64,000 bases of DNA from an uncultured Verrucomicrobiae bacterium (GCA_963806855.1 CAWDYW010000001.1:1088001-1152000), one strand, 5' to 3'. Shown: positions 23,682 to 34,654, numbered from the stretch's first letter. The notes: generated from the letters alone by a model not told the origin. Numbers and translations: made by a program.

Positions 23682-24803
23682 ATGAGTGTCACTAGTACTA
23701 CTACTACAGCAGCCGCCAAGGACTTCGATCCCATCGTTGAAAGCCCCGCTCTTCCTAATGCAGCTCAAGACAAAGATCTGTTTGAGAAATATAATATTCC
23801 GAGAGATATTCAGGCCCTTTGTTTAAGCTTTCTCGATCTTCCCCTTTTAGCTGAGGCAAGTCTTGTCTGCAAGAAATGGAATGTGTTAAGTTCAAGCGAT
23901 TCAGTCTGGAGATTTGTTGCTGGCTCAATAGGCTTACCGGTTCTGGATATCGGTGTTCCTTATTGTCAGCAGGTTCTCCAATTTACACGAGCATTGCAAA
24001 ATTCTGCTCGCGCAACAGCAGGTAAGGATCTCGATCTTTTTACTATGGTCAGAGTAGAAAGGCCAACGATTGCCGATTTGAATAATCTGCGTAGAGGGCT
24101 CAAGGCTAGAGATATCATTTTAGTTTGGGATGCACTTGTCAAGGAGGCGAACAGTTTTCTCGTAGCAAATTTAGTCGGACCTAACGTTTCGAACTTAAAT
24201 ACCGTTGAACAGATCATTAATAAAGCAGAAGAATTCAGTGGATGGTTTTCTGCCAACAAGGCGACGCTTCGTCAAATCGTTAAGTTAAACCTCGATGGGT
24301 TGCGACTCACTTCATTGCCTGAAGAGATCGGTCAATTAAAAGAACTAAGAGAACTCAATCTTGAAGACAATCAACTGATTTTTTTACCAGATGTCTTCAA
24401 TGATAAATTAGAGACCATCAATCTTAGAAATAACCAACTCTCTTCGATACCCTCTCAAATTAAAAATCTTCCCAATCTCAAAAAGCTGTTATTGCAACAT
24501 AATCCGCTCTCATTGGCTAGCAGAATGGTGACTGCTTTCCAAAATGATTATAATTCTTCTAGAACAGAGATAAGAAATGCGGCCTTTTGGGCAATTGTTT
24601 TTGGGGCAATGTATTATCCTAGTTATGGTTACAAAGCGATTTTCCATATCGCTGCATTGTTCTCATTCAGTGTAACGTCGGGAGCTGTCGAAAATTCATT
24701 GAATTACAACAAAAGCAAAGCATGGGGTGCAAGTATATTATCTCTTTGGGCTGTTAGTACCGCCTGTCTGTATACCTTTAATAATTATTTTAGTGGAAAT
24801 TAA
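23682..24803 (+). CDS. F-box + leucine-rich repeat protein with hydrophobic C-terminus
   Basis: IPRDIQALCLSFLDLPLLAEASLVCKKW; about 4 LRRs (LTSLPEEIGQLKELRELNLEDNQL); C-terminal TM-like segments. Confidence 0.88.
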   Translation: MSVTSTTTTAAAKDFDPIVESPALPNAAQDKDLFEKYNIPRDIQALCLSFLDLPLLAEASLVCKKWNVLSSSDSVWRFVAGSIGLPVLDIGVPYCQQVLQFTRALQNSARATAGKDLDLFTMVRVERPTIADLNNLRRGLKARDIILVWDALVKEANSFLVANLVGPNVSNLNTVEQIINKAEEFSGWFSANKATLRQIVKLNLDGLRLTSLPEEIGQLKELRELNLEDNQLIFLPDVFNDKLETINLRNNQLSSIPSQIKNLPNLKKLLLQHNPLSLASRMVTAFQNDYNSSRTEIRNAAFWAIVFGAMYYPSYGYKAIFHIAALFSFSVTSGAVENSLNYNKSKAWGASILSLWAVSTACLYTFNNYFSGN

Positions 24804-24805
24804 CT

Positions 24806-25645
24806 CTACCGCAGCTTCCCAGCCCAGCCTAATTTAGACCTTAGGGTGGTGAAATAGTCATGCCTTGTCAGATTGACGAGGCGGAAGATCTTTTCGCCTC
24901 GGGTGATTCGTAGGACATCGCCAGCTTGGAGCTCTTCGCAGGGGATCCCGTCGGCGGTTACCTCGAGGGGATAATCGTGGCTAAGGTATTGGACTTGGAT
25001 CTCAGAGTCGGCGTGGAGCACGATTGGCCGGTTGGAGATGGTGTGGGGGCTGATGGGGGTGATGACGATGGCGTTTAGGTCGGGGGTCATGATCGGGCCG
25101 CCAGCAGCGAGCGAATAGGCCGTTGAGCCATTAGGGGTGGAGATGATCACTCCGTCAGCGACGAAGGTGTTGAGGTAGGTGCCGCCGACATGGATGGCGA
25201 TCTCGACCAGGCTGGCATTTTTTCCGCGGTGGACGACGAAGTCGTTGACGGCAAATTGCTCCTGCCCGCTTGGAAAGTGGCCATTGATCGTGATTCTCTG
25301 GGCGATGGAGAAGTGGCCGAGGATGATGTCGTGCAGGCTGGGGTAGATTTCTGAAACGGGGATATCGGCCATGAAGCCGAGGTGGCCGAGATTGATGCCG
25401 ATGATCGCCGGGTCGATATGGGCGAATTTGTGCACGAGTCCGAGGATAGTTCCGTCGCCTCCCATCGAGATGAAAAATTCGATTTGTTCATGGGGAATCG
25501 ACGACATGGGGGCAACGCCGAGGGCAGCTGCGACATCGTCGGGAGCGACAACGGTGGCTCCACGGGCGCTCAGGTATTCTTGTATCCCAATGGCCAAATT
25601 TTTCGATTCTCGCTTTTGGCTATGGGGGAATATGGCAATGATCAT
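24806..25645 (-). CDS. nadK: NAD kinase
   Basis: [39 protein letters not shown]. Confidence 0.95.
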   Translation of the reverse strand: MIIAIFPHSQKRESKNLAIGIQEYLSARGATVVAPDDVAAALGVAPMSSIPHEQIEFFISMGGDGTILGLVHKFAHIDPAIIGINLGHLGFMADIPVSEIYPSLHDIILGHFSIAQRITINGHFPSGQEQFAVNDFVVHRGKNASLVEIAIHVGGTYLNTFVADGVIISTPNGSTAYSLAAGGPIMTPDLNAIVITPISPHTISNRPIVLHADSEIQVQYLSHDYPLEVTADGIPCEELQAGDVLRITRGEKIFRLVNLTRHDYFTTLRSKLGWAGKLR

Positions 25646-27405
25646 ACTGGAAGTTCTCTATTAAGCTCAGCATAATCTTTTAGGATTTGCTGGGCAATCG
25701 ATTCCGCATCGAGGCCGACAGAGGCGAGCATCTCTTTATGGGTTCCTTGCTGAAGATAGATGTCCGGGATGCCGAAATTGCGCATCTGGATGTTGGAAAA
25801 GCCGTTGCGGAAGGCAAAGGAGCTCAGGATCATTCCCATTCCGCCGCTCAGTGCATGTTCTTCGATGGTGGCGATGTAGGGATGGCTCATGAAAATATTG
25901 GTGAGCAGTTCGGTGTCGAGGGGTTTGAGGAAAATTGGATCGATGATGCTCGCAGCAATTCCCTCTTTGGCCAGCAGCTGCCCCACTTCGAGGGCGATTT
26001 CGGTCATGTGGCCCAGCGCGATGAGGGCGACATCGGTGCCTCGCTCGAGGATTTCTCCTTTACCGAGGGGCCGTTTGGAGAGGGGATAGTTCGGCTCGTC
26101 GGTGGGGATATTGGGATAGCGGATGGCGGTCGGCTGTTTCCAGTCAAAAGCGCTCTCGAGAAGCTCTTTGAGGAGAAGGCCGTTGCGGGGTTGGCAGATA
26201 ATCATATTGGGCATCGCATTGAGGAAAGAGATGTCATAGATGCCGTGGTGGGTTGTGCCATCGCTGTTTGCGATGCCTCCTCGGTCGATGGCGAAGACGA
26301 CGGGGGATTCTTGAAGGCACACATCTTGGAAGAGGTTGTCGAAGGCCCGCTGCAGGAAGGTGGCGTAGATGCTGCAGACCACTTTGGTGTTGGGTTGCTT
26401 GGCAATGGCCCCGCAATAGGTGACCGCATGCCCTTCGGCGATGCCGACGTCGATGCAGCGTTCCGGATATTTTTCCATTAGGGGTGTAATGCAAGCACCG
26501 AGCGGCGTCGCGGGGGTGATGGTGATGATGGTAGGGTCAACATCGACCATCTTGAGCAGGTGTTTGCCAAAAATTTGCGGAAAGGTCGATTTGGAAGGGG
26601 GTTTGCCCGATTTTTTTCCGGTCACTTTATCGAAAGGAGAGCAGCCGTGCCAGGAGATCGGATTCGCTTCGGCTATCTCGAGCCCTTTTCCTTTGACGGT
26701 GATCACATGCAGGATGGTCGGTTGTGTGCTATCTTTTAGAGAATTCAGCACCTGAAGAAGCTCTTCTAAATTATGGCCGTCGATGGGACCGATGTAGCGG
26801 AGGCCATATTGCTCGAAGAAGGGGGCAGGGGTATCGTCGAGAATTTGGGTGATCGCTCCAACGTTGTTAGAGATCGACATATTATTGTCATTGAGAATGA
26901 TGGTAAAGCGTTTCAGATCGGTCGGGAGGTTGTTCAGCGCTTCCAAAGCCAGTCCGCAGGTGAAAGTGGCATCGCCGATAATCGGAAGGACATGGAAGTT
27001 TTCTCCATTCATATCGCGCGCTTTGGCCACACCTAGGCCAAGCGAAACGGCAGTTCCTGCATGGCCGGCGTAGAAGCGGTCATGTTCCGATTCCTTCGGA
27101 TGGGCAAAACCGGAAAGCCCTTTGTATTGCCTAATCGTCGGGAATTTGGCCAAGCGACCGGTGAGAATTTTATGAGTATAGATCTGGTGGCTTACGTCGA
27201 AGATGAACTGATCGAGAGGGGAGTCGAAGGTTTTGTGGAGGGCAAGAGTGAGTTCGACGACTCCTAAATTTGAGCCTAAATGGCCTCCATTAATGGCCAT
27301 CACGTCGATGATCCGATGACGGATTTCTGAACACAGATGTTCGAGCTCTGAAATAGTGAGTTTCTTAATATCGGCAGGGCTTTGAATCGAATTGAGAATG
27401 TCCAT
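25642..27405 (-). CDS. dxs: 1-deoxy-D-xylulose-5-phosphate synthase
   Basis: [65 protein letters not shown]. Confidence 0.96.
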   Translation of the reverse strand: MDILNSIQSPADIKKLTISELEHLCSEIRHRIIDVMAINGGHLGSNLGVVELTLALHKTFDSPLDQFIFDVSHQIYTHKILTGRLAKFPTIRQYKGLSGFAHPKESEHDRFYAGHAGTAVSLGLGVAKARDMNGENFHVLPIIGDATFTCGLALEALNNLPTDLKRFTIILNDNNMSISNNVGAITQILDDTPAPFFEQYGLRYIGPIDGHNLEELLQVLNSLKDSTQPTILHVITVKGKGLEIAEANPISWHGCSPFDKVTGKKSGKPPSKSTFPQIFGKHLLKMVDVDPTIITITPATPLGACITPLMEKYPERCIDVGIAEGHAVTYCGAIAKQPNTKVVCSIYATFLQRAFDNLFQDVCLQESPVVFAIDRGGIANSDGTTHHGIYDISFLNAMPNMIICQPRNGLLLKELLESAFDWKQPTAIRYPNIPTDEPNYPLSKRPLGKGEILERGTDVALIALGHMTEIALEVGQLLAKEGIAASIIDPIFLKPLDTELLTNIFMSHPYIATIEEHALSGGMGMILSSFAFRNGFSNIQMRNFGIPDIYLQQGTHKEMLASVGLDAESIAQQILKDYAELNRELPV

Positions 27406-27653
27406 TATTTTATGAAGGGCTCACTCTGCGGAATGTTATTTTCATCGACACTTAAGTTGCCTTCACGGTTTTTGAGCAAGATTTCAACTCTGGATTCCGC
27501 TTCGCTTAGCTTTTTCTGACAGTTTCCAATCAGCTTATCGGCCTCTTCATAGAGTCCAAGGGCAGCATCCAAAGAGACTTGGCTCGAATGCATCTTCTCT
27601 AAGATTTTTTCCAGCTTTTCGTAAGCCTGCTCGAAATTCAGTTCATCACTCAT
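27405..27653 (-). CDS. xseB: Exodeoxyribonuclease VII small subunit
   Basis: [11 protein letters not shown]...[10 protein letters not shown]...[11 protein letters not shown]. Confidence 0.93.
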   Translation of the reverse strand: MSDELNFEQAYEKLEKILEKMHSSQVSLDAALGLYEEADKLIGNCQKKLSEAESRVEILLKNREGNLSVDENNIPQSEPFIK

Positions 27654-28968
27654 CTTGTACCTTTACCCGGATCGTTCCATTGGAAACCTGGATCCTAAGA
27701 CCCTCATTAGGCTCAACGTCATTTATAGAGAGGATAACCGAATCTTTTTTTTCATGAAAGACAATGCTGTACCCCTTCTTTAAAAGATTGCGGGGATCGA
27801 TCGCCCTAAGATGATCGACCAGTTGCTCGAGGCGCCTTTTTTTCTGTTCAATTTGTTTTTTGGCTGCCAGTTCGATACTAAAGCCGATTTTATCGAAATT
27901 TTTTCTTTGGACCCCAATTTGGGCTCCGGGTCTCAAAGCCTCTTTCTGCCTAATCAATTGGGCTAAATTCCGTCTATTTTGATTTAAAGTCTGCAGGATG
28001 GCCGTCTTGAGATCGGCGCGGACATCGTCAACTTTCTGGATGAAGGAGCTAAGGATCATATAGGGCGACCTTAGGGGGGACTGCTTAGAGACGGTCTCGA
28101 GCATCCTTCTATGGGAACGGAGTTGGGTCTGCATCGCCTGCAGGATCCCCGCTTTGGCTTTGCGCAGTTGCAAAATCAGCTGATTTTTCTCGAGTGTGAC
28201 CAGTTCTGCTGCAGCCGAGGGGGTCGGAGCCCGCAGGTCGGCAACAAAATCGGCAATCGTAAAATCGGTCTCATGGCCGACTGCCGAGATGATCGGAATC
28301 TTCGACGCATGGATGGCAGCGGCGACGATCTCCTCATTAAAGGGCCACAGATCCTCGAAACTGCCACCACCGCGTCCGACGATGAGCACGTCAGCCAGCT
28401 TGTAGGTATTAAAATCTTGAATGGCTTTGGCGATCTCAGCCGCGGCCAGCTCCCCTTGGACCCGGACGGGGTTTAGGATTAGATGGAAGCCGGAAAAGCG
28501 GCGGGAAAGGATATGGAGAATGTCTTGGATCACTGAACCTGTTGGGCTGGTCACAACGCCGATGGTGCGGGGCAATTTGGGCAGAGGCTTTTTCTTGGCG
28601 GGATCGAACCATCCCAGCCCCTCTAATTTGAGTTTGAGCGCATGCAATTTTTTTAATAACTCACCGACACCGGAGAACTCGACCTCTCGGACGATGATTT
28701 GGTAGCCTCCGCGTGGGACATAGACGCTCAGCTCTCCGGTGATGACAATCTGATCGCCCTCTTTAAGGGGCTGGGAAAGGCGGTAGGAGTTTCCCTTAAA
28801 CAGGACGGCGGAGACTTGCGATCCAGCATCTTTTAGAGTAAAATAGATGTGCCCGGAGCTTTGTATTTTGAGATTGCTCACCTCGCCCCGGACCGAAATC
28901 GAGGCAAAGGCAACCTCTAATTTTTGCTTGATAGCCGCTGTCAATTGAGAGACTGAAAGGATATTCAA
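27646..28968 (-). CDS. xseA: Exodeoxyribonuclease VII large subunit
   Basis: GEVSN, SGHIYFTLKD, IGVVTSPTG, RGGGSFEDLW, SAVGHETD, TPSAAAE. Confidence 0.96.
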   Translation of the reverse strand: MNILSVSQLTAAIKQKLEVAFASISVRGEVSNLKIQSSGHIYFTLKDAGSQVSAVLFKGNSYRLSQPLKEGDQIVITGELSVYVPRGGYQIIVREVEFSGVGELLKKLHALKLKLEGLGWFDPAKKKPLPKLPRTIGVVTSPTGSVIQDILHILSRRFSGFHLILNPVRVQGELAAAEIAKAIQDFNTYKLADVLIVGRGGGSFEDLWPFNEEIVAAAIHASKIPIISAVGHETDFTIADFVADLRAPTPSAAAELVTLEKNQLILQLRKAKAGILQAMQTQLRSHRRMLETVSKQSPLRSPYMILSSFIQKVDDVRADLKTAILQTLNQNRRNLAQLIRQKEALRPGAQIGVQRKNFDKIGFSIELAAKKQIEQKKRRLEQLVDHLRAIDPRNLLKKGYSIVFHEKKDSVILSINDVEPNEGLRIQVSNGTIRVKVQDE

Positions 28969-29031
28969 AATACACCTTGATTTTCGCTGCTGGAATCATT
29001 ATGATTAAACCTTTGTTAAAACACAAAATTT

Positions 29032-29742
29032 ATGAATAAAATTATCGCCGGCAATTGGAAAATGCATAAGACGATTGAGGAGGCCACCCTCTTCCTCAAT
29101 GCGTTGATCCCGCACATCTCCAAAGCCCGCGCGCAAGTCATGATCGCCCCACCTTTTACAGCGATAGCCGAGTGCTGCAAAACCGTAAAAGGAACCAAGA
29201 TTCTCATCGGCGGTCAAAACATGGGTGACGCAGAAGAGGGAGCCTTCACCGGGGAGATCTCAGGCCGGATGTTGAAAGAGGCAGGGGCTAGCTTTGTCAT
29301 TTTAGGCCACTCAGAGCGGCGAACGATTTTTGGCGAGACCGATGAGCTGATCAACCGGAAAGTGCTCCGGGCCCTTTCCGATGGACTCACCCCCATTCTG
29401 TGTATAGGGGAGACCCAAGAGCAGCGAGAAAAGGGGAAGTCGGCGGCGGTGCTAAAAAACCAGCTCGACGGCTGCCTGAGAGGCTTTTCTAGCGGGAATC
29501 TGATGATCGCCTATGAGCCAGTTTGGGCGATTGGGACTGGGAAAACAGCGACACCCGAAATGGCGCAAGAGATGCACGGGGTGATCCGGCAGCATCTCGG
29601 GCAGAGATTGCCGATTCTTTATGGTGGATCGGTGAAGCCTGCCAATATTGAAAGTTTATTAATCCAGCCCGACATCGATGGAGCGCTCATTGGAGGAGCC
29701 TCTTTGGAAGTCGAGGCGTTTGCAAAGATGGTAGTAAGATGA
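29032..29742 (+). CDS. tpiA: Triosephosphate isomerase
   Basis: AGNWKM, GAFTGEIS, GHSERR, AYEPVWAIGTG, YGGSV, GGASL. Confidence 0.97.
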   Translation: MNKIIAGNWKMHKTIEEATLFLNALIPHISKARAQVMIAPPFTAIAECCKTVKGTKILIGGQNMGDAEEGAFTGEISGRMLKEAGASFVILGHSERRTIFGETDELINRKVLRALSDGLTPILCIGETQEQREKGKSAAVLKNQLDGCLRGFSSGNLMIAYEPVWAIGTGKTATPEMAQEMHGVIRQHLGQRLPILYGGSVKPANIESLLIQPDIDGALIGGASLEVEAFAKMVVR

Positions 29743-30026
29743 CATTTTTATTTTATACGGCAATTTCTCTTTTTCTTCTCTTGGCAATTGTGCTCTCCCT
29801 GGTGATCCTTGTCCAGGAGAGCAAAAGCATGGGCCTTGGCGCCTCATTTGGCGGAGATCCTGGCGAGTCGGTGTTTGGTACCTCGACTGCCGCGGTGCTG
29901 AAAAAATTCACCGCTTACCTCGCTGTGATTTTCATGGCAACCTGCGTGCTCCTTTCGATCTGGTCAGGTTCGATGGGAAAATCGCACAGAGGGCCTGCTA
30001 TTCAGATTGAGGAGACTTCTGAGTAA
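29739..30026 (+). CDS. secG: Preprotein translocase subunit SecG
   Basis: Two TM segments around LVQESKSMGLGASFGG; follows tpiA. Confidence 0.92.
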   Translation: MTFLFYTAISLFLLLAIVLSLVILVQESKSMGLGASFGGDPGESVFGTSTAAVLKKFTAYLAVIFMATCVLLSIWSGSMGKSHRGPAIQIEETSE

Positions 30027-30560
30027 ATGGCAAAATGGCGATTCCGTTATTACGGCGATCCAGTTTTGCGCCAGAAAAGTGTCCCGATCGAGGAGATCAC
30101 CGAAGAGATCAAAGAGCTCGCTCGGTATATGATCTACTATGCCGACAATCATAATGGAATCGGACTCTCTGCCGTCCAACTCGGAGTCCCGATCCGCCTC
30201 TTTGTCCTGCGCAATTACATCGTTCAGCCCGATGGGCGATGGACCGTCTCGCCTCCGAAAGTCTTCATCAACCCCAAAATCATCTGGAAAAGCGAAGAGA
30301 TCGAGATCGATACCGAAGGGTGCATGTCGGTGCCCAATCTCAACGTCGGCCCCATCGAGCGGCCCAAAGCGATCAAAATTGAAGCGACCGACCTCGACGG
30401 CAACCTCTTTGAAGAAGAGATGGAAGGACTCAACGCGCGGGTCAGATTCCACGAGAACGACCACCTCAACGGAGTACTCCAAATAGATCGTCTGCCTCCC
30501 AACGTCCGCAAAAAAATCGAGCCACAGCTCCAAGCCATAAAGAAAAAGTACAATAAATGA
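30027..30560 (+). CDS. def: Peptide deformylase
   Basis: GDPVLR, GIGLSAVQLG, EGCMS, HENDHLNG. Confidence 0.96.
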   Translation: MAKWRFRYYGDPVLRQKSVPIEEITEEIKELARYMIYYADNHNGIGLSAVQLGVPIRLFVLRNYIVQPDGRWTVSPPKVFINPKIIWKSEEIEIDTEGCMSVPNLNVGPIERPKAIKIEATDLDGNLFEEEMEGLNARVRFHENDHLNGVLQIDRLPPNVRKKIEPQLQAIKKKYNK

Positions 30561-31204
30561 AGAAGCTAATCCAAGGGATCGTCGATTTTAGAAAAGGGCT
30601 GACAGAGGAGTCGAGAGACCTCTTTGCCAAGCTGGCCCTCGGACAAAAACCCGACACCCTCTTCATCGCCTGCTCTGACAGCCGCGTGGTCCCCAACCTC
30701 TTCGCTTCGACCAACCCCGGCGACCTCTTCGTCCTCCGCAATGTCGGCAATCTAATTCCTCCTGTCGCATCCAACGATGACAGCGCTACGGCCGTCGTCG
30801 AGTTTTCGATCTTTTCACTCGAAGTCTCCGACATCGTCATCTGCGGCCATTCCGAATGCGGCGCGATGCATGCACTCCTACATGGAGTCGATTCCAAAAA
30901 CTGCTGTCACCTCGAATCGTGGCTCAAATACGGCAAAGAGGCGCTGAACAAAGTGCGCAAAGGGGTCAAGATCAATCCAGGATTATCCGAGCAGAACCAG
31001 CTCTCCCAAGTGAACGTGCTGCAGCAAATGGAGCACATCAAAAGCTACCCCTTCATCCAAGAACGGATCGCCAAAAAAGAGCTCCGAGTTCACGGCTGGT
31101 GGTTCGACATCGCCCACGCCGACGTCTATTGCTACGAGCAAGAGCTGAACCAATTTGTCCTCATCGACGAGAAGGAAGGCGACCACATTTTAGAGAGGTC
31201 GTGA
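30557..31204 (+). CDS. can: Beta-class carbonic anhydrase
   Basis: CSDSRV, LFVLRNVGN, CGHSECGAM. Confidence 0.94.
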   Translation: MKKLIQGIVDFRKGLTEESRDLFAKLALGQKPDTLFIACSDSRVVPNLFASTNPGDLFVLRNVGNLIPPVASNDDSATAVVEFSIFSLEVSDIVICGHSECGAMHALLHGVDSKNCCHLESWLKYGKEALNKVRKGVKINPGLSEQNQLSQVNVLQQMEHIKSYPFIQERIAKKELRVHGWWFDIAHADVYCYEQELNQFVLIDEKEGDHILERS

Positions 31205-31223
31205 CTTTCTTTTGCCAAGGGAT

Positions 31224-32738
31224 TTAGAATTTTAGGTGGTCATTAATAAAAGATAGAGCGCCCAGAGCCCATTCTCGGTTGTAATAAAGCCCATAGATTG
31301 TTGCTAGGGCCACTGCAGTAATGGTTAGGCTCTTCTGATTATCGCGGACAAAAAAACGGGCCTTAAGACTGAGCGGGACCGGATTGCCTCCAACGTATAA
31401 GCGAATTCCCTTCTGCAAAAGCGTTTCTGGTATTGTGGTGAGTTTATTGTTGCAGAGATCGAGCAGTTCAAGATTAGGGAGCTGTTCGATCTCACCCGGA
31501 ATCGAGATAAGTTTATTGCCGCCGAGCCCGAGCCCTTGAAGATTAGTTAGCCGTCCGATGTCGTTGGGAATCAAGGTGAGGCGGTTATTTTGGAGACCGA
31601 GATTTCGAAGATTAATTAATCGCCCGATCTCACCCGGAATCAAGGTGAGTTGGTTATTGCCGAGATAGAGTCCTTGAAGCTGAATGAGCTGCCCGATCGC
31701 ACCCGGAATCGAGATAAGTTTATTGCTGTTGAGCCCGAGCAATTGAAGATTAGTTAGCTGCCAGATCTCATCCGGAATCGAGGTGAATTTGTTATTATGG
31801 AGATAGAGCTTTTCAAGCTGAGTGAGCTGTCCGAGCTCACCCGGAATCGAGGTGAGTTGGTTGTAGCTAAGAACGAGCAATTGAAGATTAGTTAGCCGTC
31901 CAATCTCCGTGGGAATCGAGGTGAGTTGAATTCCGCTAAGACTAAGAGCAGTCAATCCAGCGAGTGCCTCTTGATTCGCATCAAACCATACAGCAAATTC
32001 CGTAGACTTATCGATGATATCCTGTTCGGTTGGCGATCTTTCAAAGTTTGGGGCTTGTAAATCTGCATCTTCTGCCAAACACAGCCATACAGCAAGAATA
32101 TCCCTAGCTTTGAGTAGTTCAAGATGTTGGATATGCCATTGTCGATAATCTTTTCCTTTGGCAATTAACTGTTGAACAGAGAGATTGTCAATTTCATCAG
32201 GTCCTTCTAAATTTAGATTGGGAAAATCTAGATTAATTCTATCAGTTAATGCCTTCCAGTTTGGGAGATCTTCTCTTGCTTGGAGCCAATCTTGGATAGT
32301 GTTGAGCTGATCAATAGTCGGCTTTTTTAAGATTTGGGTGATTTCATCGGGTCGATTTTCAATTGCGCTGGCGCTTTGTAGGATGCGAGCAATAAACTTT
32401 AGGACCTGCGTGCGGGGATCTGCAGCTTTGTCGATGGGGCAATGGATTCGCTTTGCAATGGAGCCCCAGATTAGAGGATCGGATATTAGTTCTTTTGAGC
32501 TTTTGGATGTACAGCCAAACTCGACCAGCTCATGGAGGTCAAGGAATGTGAGCAAGTGAATCAGGAGCTCATCTGGCAATTCTTCTAAAGCAGAGCCTTG
32601 GGTCGTGGCGGCCTCAGGCTGATTAAAATGGTCGTGGGCAACTTCTTGGACTTTGCCATCATGGGAAGTGGGCTCGGAAGGTCGATTGGTAGGGTTTGGT
32701 ACAGAGCCTGGCGGTAATGCTGAATTAATAGAGCTCAT
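31224..32738 (-). CDS. F-box + LRR protein with C-terminal TM anchor (tandem paralog A)
   Basis: LEELPDELLIHLLTFLD F-box; about 8 23-aa LRRs; C-terminal LTITAVALATIYGLYY. Confidence 0.9.
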   Translation of the reverse strand: MSSINSALPPGSVPNPTNRPSEPTSHDGKVQEVAHDHFNQPEAATTQGSALEELPDELLIHLLTFLDLHELVEFGCTSKSSKELISDPLIWGSIAKRIHCPIDKAADPRTQVLKFIARILQSASAIENRPDEITQILKKPTIDQLNTIQDWLQAREDLPNWKALTDRINLDFPNLNLEGPDEIDNLSVQQLIAKGKDYRQWHIQHLELLKARDILAVWLCLAEDADLQAPNFERSPTEQDIIDKSTEFAVWFDANQEALAGLTALSLSGIQLTSIPTEIGRLTNLQLLVLSYNQLTSIPGELGQLTQLEKLYLHNNKFTSIPDEIWQLTNLQLLGLNSNKLISIPGAIGQLIQLQGLYLGNNQLTLIPGEIGRLINLRNLGLQNNRLTLIPNDIGRLTNLQGLGLGGNKLISIPGEIEQLPNLELLDLCNNKLTTIPETLLQKGIRLYVGGNPVPLSLKARFFVRDNQKSLTITAVALATIYGLYYNREWALGALSFINDHLKF

Positions 32739-32807
32739 ATATTTCCTGTCTTAATAAGTATTCGTTATCGATTTGTAAATTGCCATAACTTTCTTTTGCC
32801 AAGGGAT

Positions 32808-34601
32808 TTAGAATTTTAGGTGGTCATTAACAAAAGATAGAGCGCCTAGAGTCCATTCTCGGTTGTAATAAAGCCCATAGATTGTTGCTAGGGCCGCTGC
32901 AGTAATAGTTAGGCTCTTCTGATTATCGCGGACAAAAAAACGGGCCTTAAGACTGAGCGGGAGCGGATTTCCTCTAACAAATAAGCGAATTCCCATCTGC
33001 AAAAGCGCTTCTGGGATTGTGGTGAGTTTATTATCGCTGAGATCGAGAGTTTTAAGATTAGGGAGCTGTCCGATCTCATTAGGAATCGAGCTCAGTTGGT
33101 TATGGTCGAGATAGAGCTCTTGAAGATTAGGGAGCTGTCCGATCTCATTAGGAATCGAGATAAGTTTATTGCCGCCGAGCCCGAGCCCTTGAAGATTAGT
33201 TAGCCGTCCGATGTCGTTGGGAATCAAGGTGAGTCGGTTATATTTGAGACCGAGAATTCGAAGATTAATTAATCGCCCGATCTCACCCGTAATCGAGGTG
33301 AGTTGGTTATGGTCGAGATAGAGCTCTTGAAGATTAATTAGTTGCCCGATCTCACCCGGAATCGAGATAAGTTTATTGCCGCCGAGCCCGAGCCCTTGAA
33401 GATTAGTTAGCCGTCCGATGTCGTTGGGAATCAAGGTGAGTCGGTTATATTTGAGACCGAGAATTCGAAGATTAATTAATCGCCCGATCTCACCCGTAAT
33501 CGAGGTGAGTTGGTTATGGTCGAGATAGAGCTCTTGAAGATTAGGGAGCTGTCCGATCTCATTAGGAATCGAGCTCAGTTGGTTATAGTCGAGATCGAGA
33601 GCTTGAAGGTGAGTTAGCCGCCCGATATCCGTGGGAATCGAGGTAAGTTGGTTGCAGCTAAGAATGAGAGTTTGAAGATTAGTAAGCCGCCCGATATCCG
33701 TGGGAATCGAGGTGAATTGGTTGAAGCCAAGACGGAGAGTTTGAAGATTGGTAAGCTGTCCGATCTCCGTGGGAATTGAGGTGAGATGGTTATCGGAGAG
33801 ATTAAGGTCAGTCAATCCAGCAAGCGCTTCTTGATTCGCATTAAACCAGGCAGTAAATTCGATAGACTTATTTCTGATGGCCTGTTCTGTTGCCAATTCT
33901 TGAAGATTTGGGCCCCCTGGCAAGCCTGTAACTTCAGCCAAGATCCTCCATACAACAAGAGTATCCCTAGCTTTGAGTAGCTCAAGATATTGTGTATGCC
34001 ATTGTCGATAATCTTTTCCTTTGGCAATTAACTGTTGAACAGAGAGATTGGCAATTTCACCAGGTCCTTCTAAATTTAGATTGGGAAACTCTTGATTAAT
34101 TCTTTCAGTTAATGCTTTCCACTTTGGGAGATCTTCTCGTGCTTGGAGCCAATCTTGGATAGTGTTGATCTGATCAATAGTCGGTTTTTTTAAGATTTGT
34201 GTGATTTCATCAGATAAATTTTCAATTGCGCTGGCTCTTTGTAGAATGCGAGCAATAAACTTTAGGACCTGCGTGCGGGGATCTGTAGCTTTGTCGATGG
34301 GGCAATGGATTCGCTTTGCAATGGAGTCCCAGATTCGAGGATCGGATATTAGTTCTTTTGAGCTTTTGGATGTACAGCCAAACTCGACCAGCTCATGGAG
34401 GTCAAGGAATGTGAGCAAGTGAACCAGGAGCTCATCGGGCCATTCTTCGAAAGCAGAGCCTTGGGGCGTGGCGGCCTCAGGCTGATTAAAATGGTCTTGG
34501 GCAACTTCTTGGACTTTGCCTTCATGGGAAGCGGGCTCGGAAGGTCGCTCTATAGGGTTTGGCGCTGAGACTGGTGGTAAAGCTGAACTGATAATACTCA
34601 T
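32808..34601 (-). CDS. F-box + LRR protein with C-terminal TM anchor (tandem paralog B)
   Basis: Near-identical N- and C-termini to 31224-32738 with about 12 LRRs. Confidence 0.9.
   Translation of the reverse strand: MSIISSALPPVSAPNPIERPSEPASHEGKVQEVAQDHFNQPEAATPQGSAFEEWPDELLVHLLTFLDLHELVEFGCTSKSSKELISDPRIWDSIAKRIHCPIDKATDPRTQVLKFIARILQRASAIENLSDEITQILKKPTIDQINTIQDWLQAREDLPKWKALTERINQEFPNLNLEGPGEIANLSVQQLIAKGKDYRQWHTQYLELLKARDTLVVWRILAEVTGLPGGPNLQELATEQAIRNKSIEFTAWFNANQEALAGLTDLNLSDNHLTSIPTEIGQLTNLQTLRLGFNQFTSIPTDIGRLTNLQTLILSCNQLTSIPTDIGRLTHLQALDLDYNQLSSIPNEIGQLPNLQELYLDHNQLTSITGEIGRLINLRILGLKYNRLTLIPNDIGRLTNLQGLGLGGNKLISIPGEIGQLINLQELYLDHNQLTSITGEIGRLINLRILGLKYNRLTLIPNDIGRLTNLQGLGLGGNKLISIPNEIGQLPNLQELYLDHNQLSSIPNEIGQLPNLKTLDLSDNKLTTIPEALLQMGIRLFVRGNPLPLSLKARFFVRDNQKSLTITAAALATIYGLYYNREWTLGALSFVNDHLKF
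33151..33543. repeat. Intragenic duplication with 207-bp period (three LRR units)
   Basis: 33151-33336 reads identical to 33358-33543. Confidence 0.85.
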
Positions 34602-34625
34602 ATATTTCCTATATTAATCAAATTA

Positions 34626-34654
34626 ATTATAGTAAAATTATTAATTTAAGTCAA
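34626..34654 (-). promoter_or_regulatory. Sigma66/70-type promoter of the F-box/LRR pair
   Basis: TTGACT-17 bp-TATAAT on the minus strand; shares ATTGACTTAAATT with the promoter at 23621. Confidence 0.7.

Noticed and set aside
25687..26481. Long antisense ORFs (also 11808-12491, 57947-58720, 60802-61398 and many shorter ones)
   Set aside because: Shadows of well-supported genes on the opposite strand, with no motifs
31380..33800. 69-bp periodic repeats as a CRISPR array
   Set aside because: They are in-frame 23-aa LRR units without unique spacers, and no cas genes are present
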